From the NCBI GenBank assembly GCA_965116885.1, contig OZ220741.1:800001-864000 (forward strand): a DNA stretch of 64,000 nucleotides, read 5' to 3'. Position numbers and translations under genes: made by a program. The notes beneath the pieces were generated by a model. The model saw only the letters and a program-made list of their open reading frames with translations. It was not told where the DNA came from and searched no databases. The DNA is from Candidatus Latescibacterota bacterium (GTDB lineage: Bacteria; Latescibacterota; UBA2968). The first letter of the stretch is position 1; each line of letters opens with the position of its first letter. Below, piece by piece: positions 20,601 to 29,439 of the stretch.

Positions 20601-21161
20601 GCGGTAGAGTTGAGTTGGGATGCCTCCATAAGAGATGCAAATGGCGGTGCTCTGACCGGACTTGTCCGCTATGTGATTTATCGAGACACATCGAATACTG
20701 TGCCGATTGAGCTAACGACCGTAGATGCGGCGCATCAAATGTATATAGATACCGGCCTGGTAAACCGCACGACTTACAGGTATCAGATCTCTGCCATTGA
20801 CCATCGTGGTAATGAGAGTGCGCGATCACCCATCAGGACAGTGACCACATCTGAAACAGATGTCGTGGCACCATCGAACCTGCAGGTTTCTTATAATGGC
20901 GACGTCCCCGAGGTCACTTTGAACTGGAGTTCCCCCGCTGAGTTTGACAGTTTTGTGATTCAACGGGCAGTACTCGCTCCAGGTGCTTCACTTCAAGATT
21001 TAACAGATGCAAATTACACGAATTTGGACATCTCACAACAGACCACTTCTTATAGCGATACAACTATACAAAGTGGTGTCACCTATGTTTACCGGGTCCG
21101 CACAAATCTTGCCGGACGGATCAGCAGTCCTTCCAATATTGTGATTATTGTGGTCCCATAG
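17604..21161 (+). CDS. Large fibronectin type III repeat lipoprotein
   Basis: RBS gaggag, lipobox MWGC, about a dozen FN3-like units (P.NL.A...I.L.W....GY.I.R...Y.D......Y.Y.V.A). Confidence 0.85.
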   Translation: MNHWWTRRLQVGLLGIAIILIAMWGCGRERVNPIDAQYEGEGSVTLNAPGNIRAQGGIGRITLNWNPVNSTSLAGYGISRSTSATGDYVLLRGESSVPGATTARTTFVDSTIDVSVSKIYFYKLSSVDVDGQASELSAFVSAEVLDDTRAPAMPTNLVAITDADGKQVTLGWSAPETDEGNQELTGLSGYRIFRIKDSQGKLQIQGSQTALVQLATELGIDLDNLGAISDDLKDIFVELGTVPAGQTYFLDTDGLEAGVLHVYVVIAVDPDGNTGPPALALVTISAPGANVPVPAGLRATKNEQARIVISWNPVNDPNLLGYLVLRSQSTQGPFTSVTSDTLFTTGQTTYVDSLVTTDQVYYYKVQTVVQDPQLGLLRSDTSTFIDGQALADQSAPGAPSDLIVSLDDENFQRVMLNWTAPVTDRNGNELTGLASFEIYRSRENNTSFALIATVSSDQVSFVDTSVELLTTYFYAIRALDQAGNAGPRSQPISVTTRGFAIPRNVRATSGVQKITLTWTANTEPELTGYEILRFTDPTHETPDKTFSSVLTTYVDTPVTADQPFVYRVRAVGTANVKSELSPPVSAQATEAAPVLAAPRNVQARGGIGHITITWAANTEAELIGYRVMRYTDPAQTEAEATFMTVQTTYVDSPLVSEQTYVYRVQALGTNNEESERSLYASATVSADQSPPGAPSDLIVSLDEANFQRVTLSWTAPTRDSNGNELTGLTSFEIYRSRDNNTSFALIATVSSDQVSYEDTSVELLTRYFYAVRALDQADNAGPRSQSVSVTTKGFAAPRNLQATAGVQQITLTWAANTEPELTGYEILRFTDPTQATPERIFSSVLTTYVDTPVTADHPYVYRVRAIGPSNVKSELSAPVFAQATAPVLAAPRNVRATAGIEYITITWSANTEAELTGYRVMRYTDPAQTEAEATFTIVHTTYVDSPLVAGQTYVYRVQAVGVNNTESELSLFASATVLIDDSPPATPGNFAAVLASTGTAVELSWDASIRDANGGALTGLVRYVIYRDTSNTVPIELTTVDAAHQMYIDTGLVNRTTYRYQISAIDHRGNESARSPIRTVTTSETDVVAPSNLQVSYNGDVPEVTLNWSSPAEFDSFVIQRAVLAPGASLQDLTDANYTNLDISQQTTSYSDTTIQSGVTYVYRVRTNLAGRISSPSNIVIIVVP
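18774..20537 (+). repeat. Internal tandem duplication (885 + 879 bp), three FN3 units each
   Basis: Near-identical blocks starting gccgaccagagtgctcctggcgcgcc (18774) and gccgatcagagtcctcctggcgcgcc (19659). Confidence 0.9.
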
Positions 21162-21180
21162 AAACCCGCGAGAAAGGAAA

Positions 21181-21218
21181 AAAATGGCGTTCTTCTTTTG
21201 AAGGACGCCATTTTCTTT
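21181..21218 (+). terminator. Intrinsic terminator
   Basis: AAAATGGCGTTCTTC-tttt-GAAGGACGCCATTTT followed by CTTT. Confidence 0.75.
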
Positions 21219-21326
21219 ATAAATAGGCGTCAACTGTCGCCTTTTATGCGTCAGATATCAAAGTTAAGAATTTTCATAATCTCTTTAACCAATTTATTAT
21301 CAACATGTTATAAATCTCATCACCTC

Positions 21327-21342
21327 TGGCACAGATTGTGCA
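21327..21342 (+). promoter_or_regulatory. Sigma-54 (-24/-12) promoter
   Basis: TGGCACAGATTGTGCA = GG-N10-GC, about 40 bp upstream of the bEBP gene. Confidence 0.65.
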
Positions 21343-21384
21343 TGATGTCTCTTGTAAAACAACTCACTACATATTGGAGGTTTT

Positions 21385-22734
21385 ATGGGAGACATACTGA
21401 TTGTTGATGGAAACCCGCAACGCGCAATGCAATTGGCGCAACTGGCAGAAGAACTCGGCGCAAACGCGCGCACAGCGAGTTCCTTTTTTCACTGCTTGAA
21501 ACGCATTGAAGAAAAAATTCCCGATCTCGCCCTTGTCGCTGAAACCCTCCCCGATGGACGGGGATTAAAGCTACTTCCCGTATTTGATGGCCTGTGTCCC
21601 GTCGTAATTATCGGTGAATATATGGCATCTGATAGAATACTCGAGGCTCTGTCGTCGGGAGCGCGCGATTTTCTCGTACACCCCATTGACCGTCAGACGC
21701 TGGATATTCTGATCTCTCAATTGCAGGGTGAGGGCAAAATCGCACTGCACTATCTGTCTCAGAATCCCGGGGGTGAGTCGCCGACGGGAATGGTAATTGG
21801 ATCGTGTCCAGACATGTTATTTGCACTCAAGCGCGCGGGCCTGGCAGCGCGAACATCAGCAACGGTCCTGATCTATGGTGAAAGTGGAACTGGAAAAGAG
21901 TTAATGGCGCGAGAAATCCATCGGGCATCGGGACGGGTGGGTGCATTTGTAGCACTCAATTGTGCTGCAATAGCAGAAAATATTGCCGAAAGTGAACTCT
22001 TTGGGCATGAGCGAGGTGCTTTTACCGGTGCCATAACCCGTCGGGCAGGGTGTTTTGAACAAGCCGATGGTGGCACGCTTTTTCTCGACGAAATTGGCGA
22101 GGCTTCGCCTGCATTTCAAGCCAAGCTATTGCGGGTATTAGACCGCGGTGAATTTGTCAGAGTTGGCGGGCAATCCCCCATACAAACGCAGGTTCGGATC
22201 ATTGCTGCCACCAACCGCGACCTCGATTCCATGATCGAGCAAGACAAATTTCGCCTGGATTTGTTTTACAGGCTCAGCGCCGTGACCATAGCCCTCCCCC
22301 CACTGCGAGAGCGCAGCGAAGATATTCCACACATTGTTCAAGCAATGCTAACGCGATTGAAAACCGATACCGGCGTGGAGGTCCGGGGGGTATCTGAAGC
22401 GGCAGTTGCATATCTGGCGGGATGTGAATGGCCGGGCAATTTAAGGGAATTGCAACACGCCATTTACCGCGCAGCCCTGGCCTGTCAAAAAGGGGTAATT
22501 CGACCTGAACATCTCGATGTACTCAAATCTACACAGTCCAGCGCACAGGACAAAGTTGAAACCCTGGATGAAATCGAGCAGGCGCATATTGAACGGGTAC
22601 TACTCACTACCGGTGGCAATCAGGGACGAGCCTGTGAGTTGCTCGGAATATCCAGACCGACGTTGAGACGAAAAATACGCCGATACGCGCTTGAAAGAGT
22701 GAAAAACGGACAGGTGAGTTCAACCTTGACTTGA
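21385..22734 (+). CDS. Sigma-54 enhancer-binding protein (NtrC-like) with degenerate receiver domain
   Basis: GESGTGKE, ESELFGHERGAFTGA, LFLDEIG, WPGNLREL, Fis HTH (LGISRPTLRRK). Confidence 0.9.
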   Translation: MGDILIVDGNPQRAMQLAQLAEELGANARTASSFFHCLKRIEEKIPDLALVAETLPDGRGLKLLPVFDGLCPVVIIGEYMASDRILEALSSGARDFLVHPIDRQTLDILISQLQGEGKIALHYLSQNPGGESPTGMVIGSCPDMLFALKRAGLAARTSATVLIYGESGTGKELMAREIHRASGRVGAFVALNCAAIAENIAESELFGHERGAFTGAITRRAGCFEQADGGTLFLDEIGEASPAFQAKLLRVLDRGEFVRVGGQSPIQTQVRIIAATNRDLDSMIEQDKFRLDLFYRLSAVTIALPPLRERSEDIPHIVQAMLTRLKTDTGVEVRGVSEAAVAYLAGCEWPGNLRELQHAIYRAALACQKGVIRPEHLDVLKSTQSSAQDKVETLDEIEQAHIERVLLTTGGNQGRACELLGISRPTLRRKIRRYALERVKNGQVSSTLT

Positions 22735-22790
22735 GAAAAGGTACAACCCATACTATGACGAGTTTTTAATTTTTTTATAGAGAGGTATTT

Positions 22791-23957
22791 ATGGGATTTC
22801 TCATTGATCTGGTCTGTACAAAAACGGACAAAGCGTATTCAAAAGACCTCCTCTGGAATTTGAGTCCAGAGGCAGAGGCGCCGTTATTTGCCCGATATGA
22901 CCTCGATGCGGTTGCAAAAGCTATGCGCCGGGAAAAACTCGCAGAACGAGTACCGACAATGTGGCGTTATGCCGAAGTTTTACCCGTCGAAAACGAGCAA
23001 TTTCAGGTAAGTCTCGGCGAAGGATTTACCCCCTTGTTGCAAGCAACATCGTTGGGGCGAAAAATTGGCGTGCCAAAGCTGTACATCAAAGACGAAGGCT
23101 TAAATCCAACGGGATCATTTAAAGCGCGAGGCATGTCAGCGGCAATTTCGAGAGCTGCGGAATTGGGTGCTCGGGCCATTGCCATCCCCTCGGCTGGCAA
23201 TGCAGGTGGCGCAACAGCCGCTTATGCTGCGCGAGCGGGCTTGCCAGCGCATATTTTTATGCCTAAAGATGTGCCACAGGCCAATTATATCGAATGTAAG
23301 GTCTTGGGCGCAAATGTCGAATTGATAGACGGTCTGATTTCCGATTGCGGAAAAATTGTGGCATCGCGCAAAGAAGCCGAGGGATGGTTCGATATCTCGA
23401 CACTCAAAGAGCCATACCGCGTGGAAGGCAAAAAAACGATGGGCTATGAATTGGCCGAACAATTTGATTGGGAATTGCCAGAAGTCGTCATCTATCCAAC
23501 CGGAGGTGGCACGGGACTGATAGGCATGTGGAAGGCATTTGACGAAATGGAACAAATGGGATGGATTGGCTCAGAACGCCCCCGCATGATATCCGTACAA
23601 GCCGAGGGATGCGCACCCATTGTTCGAGCTTATAGCGCAGGAGAAGAACACGCCGAACCGTGGGCCGATGCAGAAACAATCGCCGCAGGTCTGCGCGTTC
23701 CCGCTGCCGTAGGCGATTTTTTAATGCTAAAAGCCATCCGCGACAGCGGTGGATGCGCGCTCTCCGTCACAGATGAAGAACTGATGGCATCCGCATCAAA
23801 AATGGCTGCTGCCGTGGGTTCATTTCCCGCACCCGAAGGCGCAGCTACCCTCTCTGCCCTCGAAAAACTCATAGCACAAAACCTGGTTAGCGAGCGCGAG
23901 CGCGTCGTATTATTCAACACGGGAACAGGCTTAAAATACATCGAACTATTTGAGTGA
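22791..23957 (+). CDS. thrC: Threonine synthase
   Basis: LNPTGSFKARG (PLP Lys), SAGNAG, YPTGGGTG, NTGTGLKY. Confidence 0.85.
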   Translation: MGFLIDLVCTKTDKAYSKDLLWNLSPEAEAPLFARYDLDAVAKAMRREKLAERVPTMWRYAEVLPVENEQFQVSLGEGFTPLLQATSLGRKIGVPKLYIKDEGLNPTGSFKARGMSAAISRAAELGARAIAIPSAGNAGGATAAYAARAGLPAHIFMPKDVPQANYIECKVLGANVELIDGLISDCGKIVASRKEAEGWFDISTLKEPYRVEGKKTMGYELAEQFDWELPEVVIYPTGGGTGLIGMWKAFDEMEQMGWIGSERPRMISVQAEGCAPIVRAYSAGEEHAEPWADAETIAAGLRVPAAVGDFLMLKAIRDSGGCALSVTDEELMASASKMAAAVGSFPAPEGAATLSALEKLIAQNLVSERERVVLFNTGTGLKYIELFE

Positions 23958-25259
23958 AATCGCATCTGCAGCCGCGTACCCGCTTCTGACAGCACCTTCG
24001 ATAGTAGGTGGCAATCCAGTGTCAGTCCAATCGCCCGCGAGAAACAAACGGGGATGTGGCGTCTGAGTCTCGGGCACTGCATAAGAAAGTGGCAACGCGC
24101 AAGTCGCCGCGTGTTCGCATATCACTTTGGCGTGTAATACCTCGGCACGCCTACTTTCGGGAAAGACCTGATGGAGTTCTCTACAAGCCATGTCAATGAG
24201 TTCTTCATGTGACATGTGTAAAAGATGATGCGCCGCACTTGCGACCATAGTGAGAAAACCCTCAGAAGCGCGGTCATGGTCGCCATAGAGCACAGGCTTA
24301 TTAAAAACCCATTCCATTGTCGTGCCGAGCAAACCGCACATAGGTTCACGCATAATGGACCGATCAAACCATAAGTTGACGGAAAAAATCGGCGATGGCT
24401 CGTATTGACAAAGCGTGTGATGGAGTTCGGCAAAGGTTTTCGCACAAATCATTCTCGCGAGTTGTAGTGGGGGAACCGCCGCAATACACATATCTGTATC
24501 TATCACATCTCCCGAGCGGGTATGAATGCGAACGCCAGAGGAAGCTGGCACAATAGATGTCACAGCTTTTCCGCACAGGACCTCGCCATCCCGTTTTGAG
24601 ATATATTCCCGTGCGCGATTGGCAAACAAACCGCTCAGACCCGTCCGCGCATATCCCAAACGCGCGCCATCTGATTCGCCCCAAAAAGCTTCTCGCAGCA
24701 CGGCTTGAAGATATCGCGCACTGGCATTTTTCGGTCGCTGGTTGAGGGCCGCAATGCAAAGCGGATCCCAGAAAGCCCTCCGCATACGCGGCTTCTGACC
24801 GCACTGCTTGAGCCAGGCATCCACCGTGAGACGGGTATCGAGATCCTGGTGCAACTCCGCCACAATTTTTCTCAACGATGGGATATCTGTCCAGTGAACC
24901 GCGCCAAATCGCAAAAAGCCCGATAGCAAATTTAGCGGCACGGGCAAAAAGGATGGAAACCTCAATGTGTACGCGCCATCAACAGCGTGACGAAAGTCTA
25001 TCCTGAACTGAGGTTGAAACACCACATCATCGCGCGCACCAATCCGCTCGAGAAAATCGAGCGTCTCCCGATAGCACTTCATCAACAGATGCTGCCCATT
25101 ATCAACAGTATCGCCCGTAACGGGATCTGTATAAGAAAAGGTGCGCCCCCCCAGTTGCTGCCGCCGCTCCAAAAGCGTGACGGAATATCCCGCATCGCAA
25201 AGGCGGACACCCGCTGCAAGACCAGCAAATCCCCCCCCGATTATGATAACGCGTTTCAC
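23946..25259 (-). CDS. hpnE: Hydroxysqualene dehydroxylase HpnE
   Basis: GTG start VKRVIIIGGGFAGL, DNGQHLL, LAGDWTDTGLPPTIEGAVRSG; follows hpnC-hpnD. Confidence 0.9.
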   Translation of the reverse strand: MKRVIIIGGGFAGLAAGVRLCDAGYSVTLLERRQQLGGRTFSYTDPVTGDTVDNGQHLLMKCYRETLDFLERIGARDDVVFQPQFRIDFRHAVDGAYTLRFPSFLPVPLNLLSGFLRFGAVHWTDIPSLRKIVAELHQDLDTRLTVDAWLKQCGQKPRMRRAFWDPLCIAALNQRPKNASARYLQAVLREAFWGESDGARLGYARTGLSGLFANRAREYISKRDGEVLCGKAVTSIVPASSGVRIHTRSGDVIDTDMCIAAVPPLQLARMICAKTFAELHHTLCQYEPSPIFSVNLWFDRSIMREPMCGLLGTTMEWVFNKPVLYGDHDRASEGFLTMVASAAHHLLHMSHEELIDMACRELHQVFPESRRAEVLHAKVICEHAATCALPLSYAVPETQTPHPRLFLAGDWTDTGLPPTIEGAVRSGYAAADAISLK

Positions 25260-25260
25260 A

Positions 25261-26109
25261 TTACCCCCAGGCGAAACGACTGCCCAGCCAATAGCGCAGT
25301 GCAATGCCCAGTTTGTGCAAATTGTTGAGGCGAACAGACGTGCCAAAAACATCGTAGTTGGCGCGCTGGATCTTCACGAGCAACTGGGCATAAATTTTGC
25401 CCATAATCTGTGCCGAAAACATGGCTGTTTGGTCCTCGGCGGGAAGCAATTCTTCTGCTTTTTGATAATAGTCCCATGCGCGTTGCGCTTGAAACCGCAT
25501 CAAATCGACAAACGCGGCATTATAATCTCCCCGAGCAAGAGCCTCTTCCGGATATCCAAACCGCACCATCTCTTCCCCCGGAAGATAAATACGGTCCTGT
25601 TGCCAATCCGTATGCACATCTCGCAAAATATTAGTCAGTTGAAGCGCGAGACCCAGATTGACGGCATATTCGCGGGTCTGCGAATTGCGGTACCCAAAAA
25701 TTTCAATACAAATTAACCCCACAACCGATGCGACCCGATAGCAGTATTCGCGCAACTCGTCAAACGTCGCATACCGATTCTTAGTCAAATCCATCTCCAC
25801 GCCCTCAATAAGCGCCAGAAAATGCGCTTTGGGAATGGGAAAATCTCGCAAAACGCCCTGCAGATTCTGCGCAATTGGATGCGTAGCACTGCCCTCATAA
25901 CAGGCGTGGAGTTGCTCACGCCATGCCTCAAGGCGGCACCCCGCCTCTTCTGGCGAAGCCGCATCATCCACAATATCATCGGTATGTCGGCTAAACGCAT
26001 AAGCCGAAAAAATGGCCTCGCGTTTTTTGCGCGGCAAAAAAACAAAGGCATAAAAAAAATTCGTTTGGGCACCTCGCACAATTTTGGCAACGTGTCTTTT
26101 GAGGTTCAT
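25261..26109 (-). CDS. hpnD: Presqualene diphosphate synthase HpnD
   Basis: TNFFYAF, YAFSRHTDDIVD, YCYRVASVVG, LQLTNILRDV, RIYLP. Confidence 0.9.
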   Translation of the reverse strand: MNLKRHVAKIVRGAQTNFFYAFVFLPRKKREAIFSAYAFSRHTDDIVDDAASPEEAGCRLEAWREQLHACYEGSATHPIAQNLQGVLRDFPIPKAHFLALIEGVEMDLTKNRYATFDELREYCYRVASVVGLICIEIFGYRNSQTREYAVNLGLALQLTNILRDVHTDWQQDRIYLPGEEMVRFGYPEEALARGDYNAAFVDLMRFQAQRAWDYYQKAEELLPAEDQTAMFSAQIMGKIYAQLLVKIQRANYDVFGTSVRLNNLHKLGIALRYWLGSRFAWG

Positions 26110-26990
26110 GATCCAAAGCCTCGAAAAAAAAGCATCTTGAACAAAAGCATGGGTAAATCGCGTTTTGTAACCGTAGGCCGTCGATGAAAAATATCGCAAT
26201 CGCTATCGCGAATCTTTTTTAGAATATGCATCCCGCCCAAACAGGTCAACCGCAGTTCAAAGCGCAACCGTCCCTTCACCATATCCAGCAGGGGATAACC
26301 CTGCACAAAGAGATCCCGCGTACTGTTGATAAGATGATCCATAAGCTCGCAAAATTGCGGCGTAACGCGCTGATCGCGCAGATCTGAAATCCCCACGCCA
26401 AACCGTTTGAGATCCTCCTGCGGGAGATAAATGCGCCCACGCGAAAAATCAATCGCAATATCCTGCCAGAAATTGGCGAGTTGCAACGCACTACATATCG
26501 CGTCGGAATGCCGCGCATAGTGCTCGCCGCGATACCCAAACAGATGGAGAATAAGCCGCCCAACGGGATTCGCAGAAAAGGTACAATACGCCAGCAAATC
26601 CTCATAAGCCCGATGGCGATTGGTCGTCACATCCATGCGAAAAGCCGTGAGCAAATCCCTGAGCAATTGCACGGGTAAATCGCGCGTGCGAATCGTCTCT
26701 GCAAGCGCCGTAAATATCGGACCAACCGGGTCTGAAAGACACGCATCGAGCCGCGCTTCCCACTCCGCCAGATGACCGAGCCGCTCCTGTGCCGTCAAAC
26801 CCGGCTCATCGGCAAAATCATCCGCCGTACGCGCAAACGCATAGATACTATACACATGGGGCCGAACGCGTTTTGGAATAAGCACCGAGCCAACCGGAAA
26901 ATTCTCATAATGCGCGCGGGTGAGTGCCTCGCAATGGGCATAAGCCTCTGCAATCGCAATCCCGCGGGTATTGTGTGCAGTCTGTGACAT
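26106..26990 (-). CDS. hpnC: Hydroxysqualene synthase HpnC
   Basis: HYENFPVGS, YAFARTADDFADE, SANPVGRL, LQLANFWQD; start reassigned to MSQTAH. Confidence 0.9.
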   Translation of the reverse strand: MSQTAHNTRGIAIAEAYAHCEALTRAHYENFPVGSVLIPKRVRPHVYSIYAFARTADDFADEPGLTAQERLGHLAEWEARLDACLSDPVGPIFTALAETIRTRDLPVQLLRDLLTAFRMDVTTNRHRAYEDLLAYCTFSANPVGRLILHLFGYRGEHYARHSDAICSALQLANFWQDIAIDFSRGRIYLPQEDLKRFGVGISDLRDQRVTPQFCELMDHLINSTRDLFVQGYPLLDMVKGRLRFELRLTCLGGMHILKKIRDSDCDIFHRRPTVTKRDLPMLLFKMLFFRGFGS

Positions 26991-27098
26991 AAGATGAAGA
27001 TACGACAGGGGGGTGGGAAAATCAATATATTGACTTTCGGGTGTGTATCCTTGCATTTTACAGCGTGCGTGTGTATCTTTGCCCGCGCACAATAAAAC

Positions 27099-27124
27099 GG
27101 GACGGCACAGGGGCCGTCCCCTAC
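27099..27124 (-). repeat. GTAG-type REP palindrome (GTAGGGGACGGCCCCTGTGCCGTCCC)
   Basis: Identical copies at 36335, 36416 and 38974. Confidence 0.8.
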
Positions 27125-27165
27125 AACACCATGCCGCAATGACAACTAAAACAAAGGAAAAAATA

Positions 27166-28362
27166 ATGTTTGAATCCCTGACAATGGCCCCTGCGGATCC
27201 CATTATAGGATTGACCGAAGCATTCAAAAACGATCCAAACCCCAACAAAATAAACCTCGGCGTTGGCGTGTACAAAGACGGCGACGGCAACACACCAATA
27301 TTTGTCTCTGTAAAAACAGCAGAAGAACGCCTACTCGCACATGAAGACACCAAAAATTATCTCGGCATAGAAGGCGACGAAGCGTATAACAAAGCCGTCC
27401 AGGAACTCCTCTGGGGAACAGAACACGAAATCCTCACCAGTGGACGCGCGGGAACAGCCCAGGCACCGGGCGGCACGGGCGCGTTGCGCATTGCCGGTGA
27501 CTTTATTCATCAGCACTATCCCCATGCCCGCGTATGGCTGAGCGATCCCACCTGGGCAAACCACCCCAAAATTTTTGAATCTGCCAGCGTACCCACAGCG
27601 ACCTACCGCTATTACAACCCCGCGTCTTTCGGCCTGGACTTTGATGCACTCATCCAGGACCTCGAACAAATCCCCGCTGGCGATGTCGTATTACTACACG
27701 GATGTTGCCACAACCCCACCGGCGTCGATCCCTCCGCCGAGCAATGGGCACAAATAGCCGATATCATCGCAGATCGCGGCATCATCCCACTCGTTGACTT
27801 TGCCTATCAGGGCCTGGGCAATGGCCTTGCTGAAGACGCAGTCGGACTCCTATCTCTCAGCCGACCCGGCAGCGAACTCCTCGTCGCCAGTTCCTTCTCC
27901 AAAAACTTTGGCCTCTACCGCGAACGCACAGGCGCATTGACCCTCGTGGGAAAAAACGCCGCCACCGTTGAAAAAGCGATGAGCCACATCAAAATCTGCA
28001 TCCGCACAAATTATTCCAACCCGCCATCGCACGGCGCACAGGCAGTCGCAACAGTCCTCAACGACACCGACCTGCGAGCACAATGGGACGGCGAAGTAAA
28101 AGCCATGCGCGACCGCATCAACACCATGCGCACCCTATTTGTGGATACCCTCGAAACAAAAGGCGTGCGGCGCGACTTTTCGTTTATCGCACACCAGAGG
28201 GGAATGTTCTCATTCTCCGGGTTGACCCCCGAGCAAGTAGATGCATTGCGCGAGCGATATTCGATATACATCGTCAGTTCGGGACGCATCAACGTGGCGG
28301 GCATGACAAAGGACAATATTGGGCCATTGTGTGAGGCGATCGCGGAAGTGATAGACGAATAG
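27166..28362 (+). CDS. aspC: Aspartate/aromatic amino-acid aminotransferase
   Basis: APADPIIGL, KINLGVGVY, HGCCHNPTG, DFAYQG, SFSKNFGLYRER. Confidence 0.9.
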   Translation: MFESLTMAPADPIIGLTEAFKNDPNPNKINLGVGVYKDGDGNTPIFVSVKTAEERLLAHEDTKNYLGIEGDEAYNKAVQELLWGTEHEILTSGRAGTAQAPGGTGALRIAGDFIHQHYPHARVWLSDPTWANHPKIFESASVPTATYRYYNPASFGLDFDALIQDLEQIPAGDVVLLHGCCHNPTGVDPSAEQWAQIADIIADRGIIPLVDFAYQGLGNGLAEDAVGLLSLSRPGSELLVASSFSKNFGLYRERTGALTLVGKNAATVEKAMSHIKICIRTNYSNPPSHGAQAVATVLNDTDLRAQWDGEVKAMRDRINTMRTLFVDTLETKGVRRDFSFIAHQRGMFSFSGLTPEQVDALRERYSIYIVSSGRINVAGMTKDNIGPLCEAIAEVIDE

Positions 28363-28640
28363 ACGAATAGACGAATAGACGGAGCGGTGTACAACTGGCC
28401 GCCTCTCAGGCCAGTTCATAGACGAATAGACGAATAGACGAATAGACGAATAGACGAATAGACGAATAGACGAATAGACGAATAGACGAATAGACGAATA
28501 GACGAACCCCGCCCAACCACCCAACGGGCGGGCACAGGGGCACCGCCCCTACATTGATGAACTGTACCGAACCAGTTGTACCCCGTTCCGTAGATTCGCT
28601 GATGAACTGCTGGCGCAGTTGTACCCCGTTCCGCTGATTC
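28352..28640. repeat. Composite repeat cluster: (TAGACGAA)3.7, hairpin core, (TAGACGAA)11, GTAG-REP variant, two inverted cores
   Basis: 11 perfect octamers at 28419-28506; core 28380-28419; REP 28526-28552; inverted cores 28557-28590 and 28602-28633. Confidence 0.9.
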
Positions 28641-28659
28641 GCCTTTCCAGGGAGACATC

Positions 28660-29433
28660 ATGACACTCAAAGACCGCATAGCAATCGTCACAGGCGCAAG
28701 CTCTGGCATTGGACGGGGCATAGCACTGGCACTTGCCCGAGAAGGCGCAGGTGTAGCAGTGGCCGATATTCAGGAAGCACCTAAAAAGGGCATCTATCAC
28801 GACACTGACCTGACCACTTCTACAGTTGAAGAAATAGAAAAACTGGGAGGAAAAGGGATCTTTGTGCAGACCGACGTATCCGATGACGAGGCGGTGAAAA
28901 TCCTGATCGAACGGACCGTCTCCGAATTTGGCAAACTGGACATCCTAATAAACAACGCCGGCATCACAATACCCGGCGGCATTGAAGAAACGACCATCGC
29001 CGACTACGACACCGTAATGGGCGTAAACCTTCGGGCACTATATGTCGCCAGCAAACTCGCCATGCCACACCTCAAAAAACCCTCGGGCAGAATCATCCAC
29101 ATCGCATCTGTACAGTCATTCGGCGGTGGTGGCGGACCCGCGTATGCCGCATCAAAAGCCGGCGTAGTCAACCTCACGCGAGACACCGCCCTGGAATTGG
29201 CCCCCTTTGGCGCAACCGTCAACGCCATCTGCCCGGGCTACATCGAAACGCCCATACAGGATTATCTCACACCGCAGGAAATTGAAGACTGCCGGGTAAA
29301 AACCCCACTGCCCCGCCTGGGTTTGCCATCGGACATCGGCAACGCCGCGGTATTCTTCGCATCGGACGCCGCCGCATGGATCACCGGCACCGCCCTGCCC
29401 GTGGATGGCGGATGGATGGCGTCTATTTTTTGA
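28660..29433 (+). CDS. Short-chain dehydrogenase/reductase
   Basis: TGASSGIG, NNAG, YAASK, VDGG. Confidence 0.92.
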   Translation: MTLKDRIAIVTGASSGIGRGIALALAREGAGVAVADIQEAPKKGIYHDTDLTTSTVEEIEKLGGKGIFVQTDVSDDEAVKILIERTVSEFGKLDILINNAGITIPGGIEETTIADYDTVMGVNLRALYVASKLAMPHLKKPSGRIIHIASVQSFGGGGGPAYAASKAGVVNLTRDTALELAPFGATVNAICPGYIETPIQDYLTPQEIEDCRVKTPLPRLGLPSDIGNAAVFFASDAAAWITGTALPVDGGWMASIF

Positions 29434-29439
29434 TTCTCA

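Noticed and set aside
26991..27353. N-terminal extensions of hpnC and aspC in the ORF track
   Set aside because: They overlap each other, the divergent promoter region and a REP; family-like sequence begins at 26990 and 27166.
28352..28640. Possible CRISPR array
   Set aside because: Octamers are contiguous with no spacers; the two 32-34 nt units have only short variable loops; no cas genes.
28210..28721. ORFs with SSIRLFVY repeats
   Set aside because: Translation of the intergenic TAGACGAA tandem repeat.
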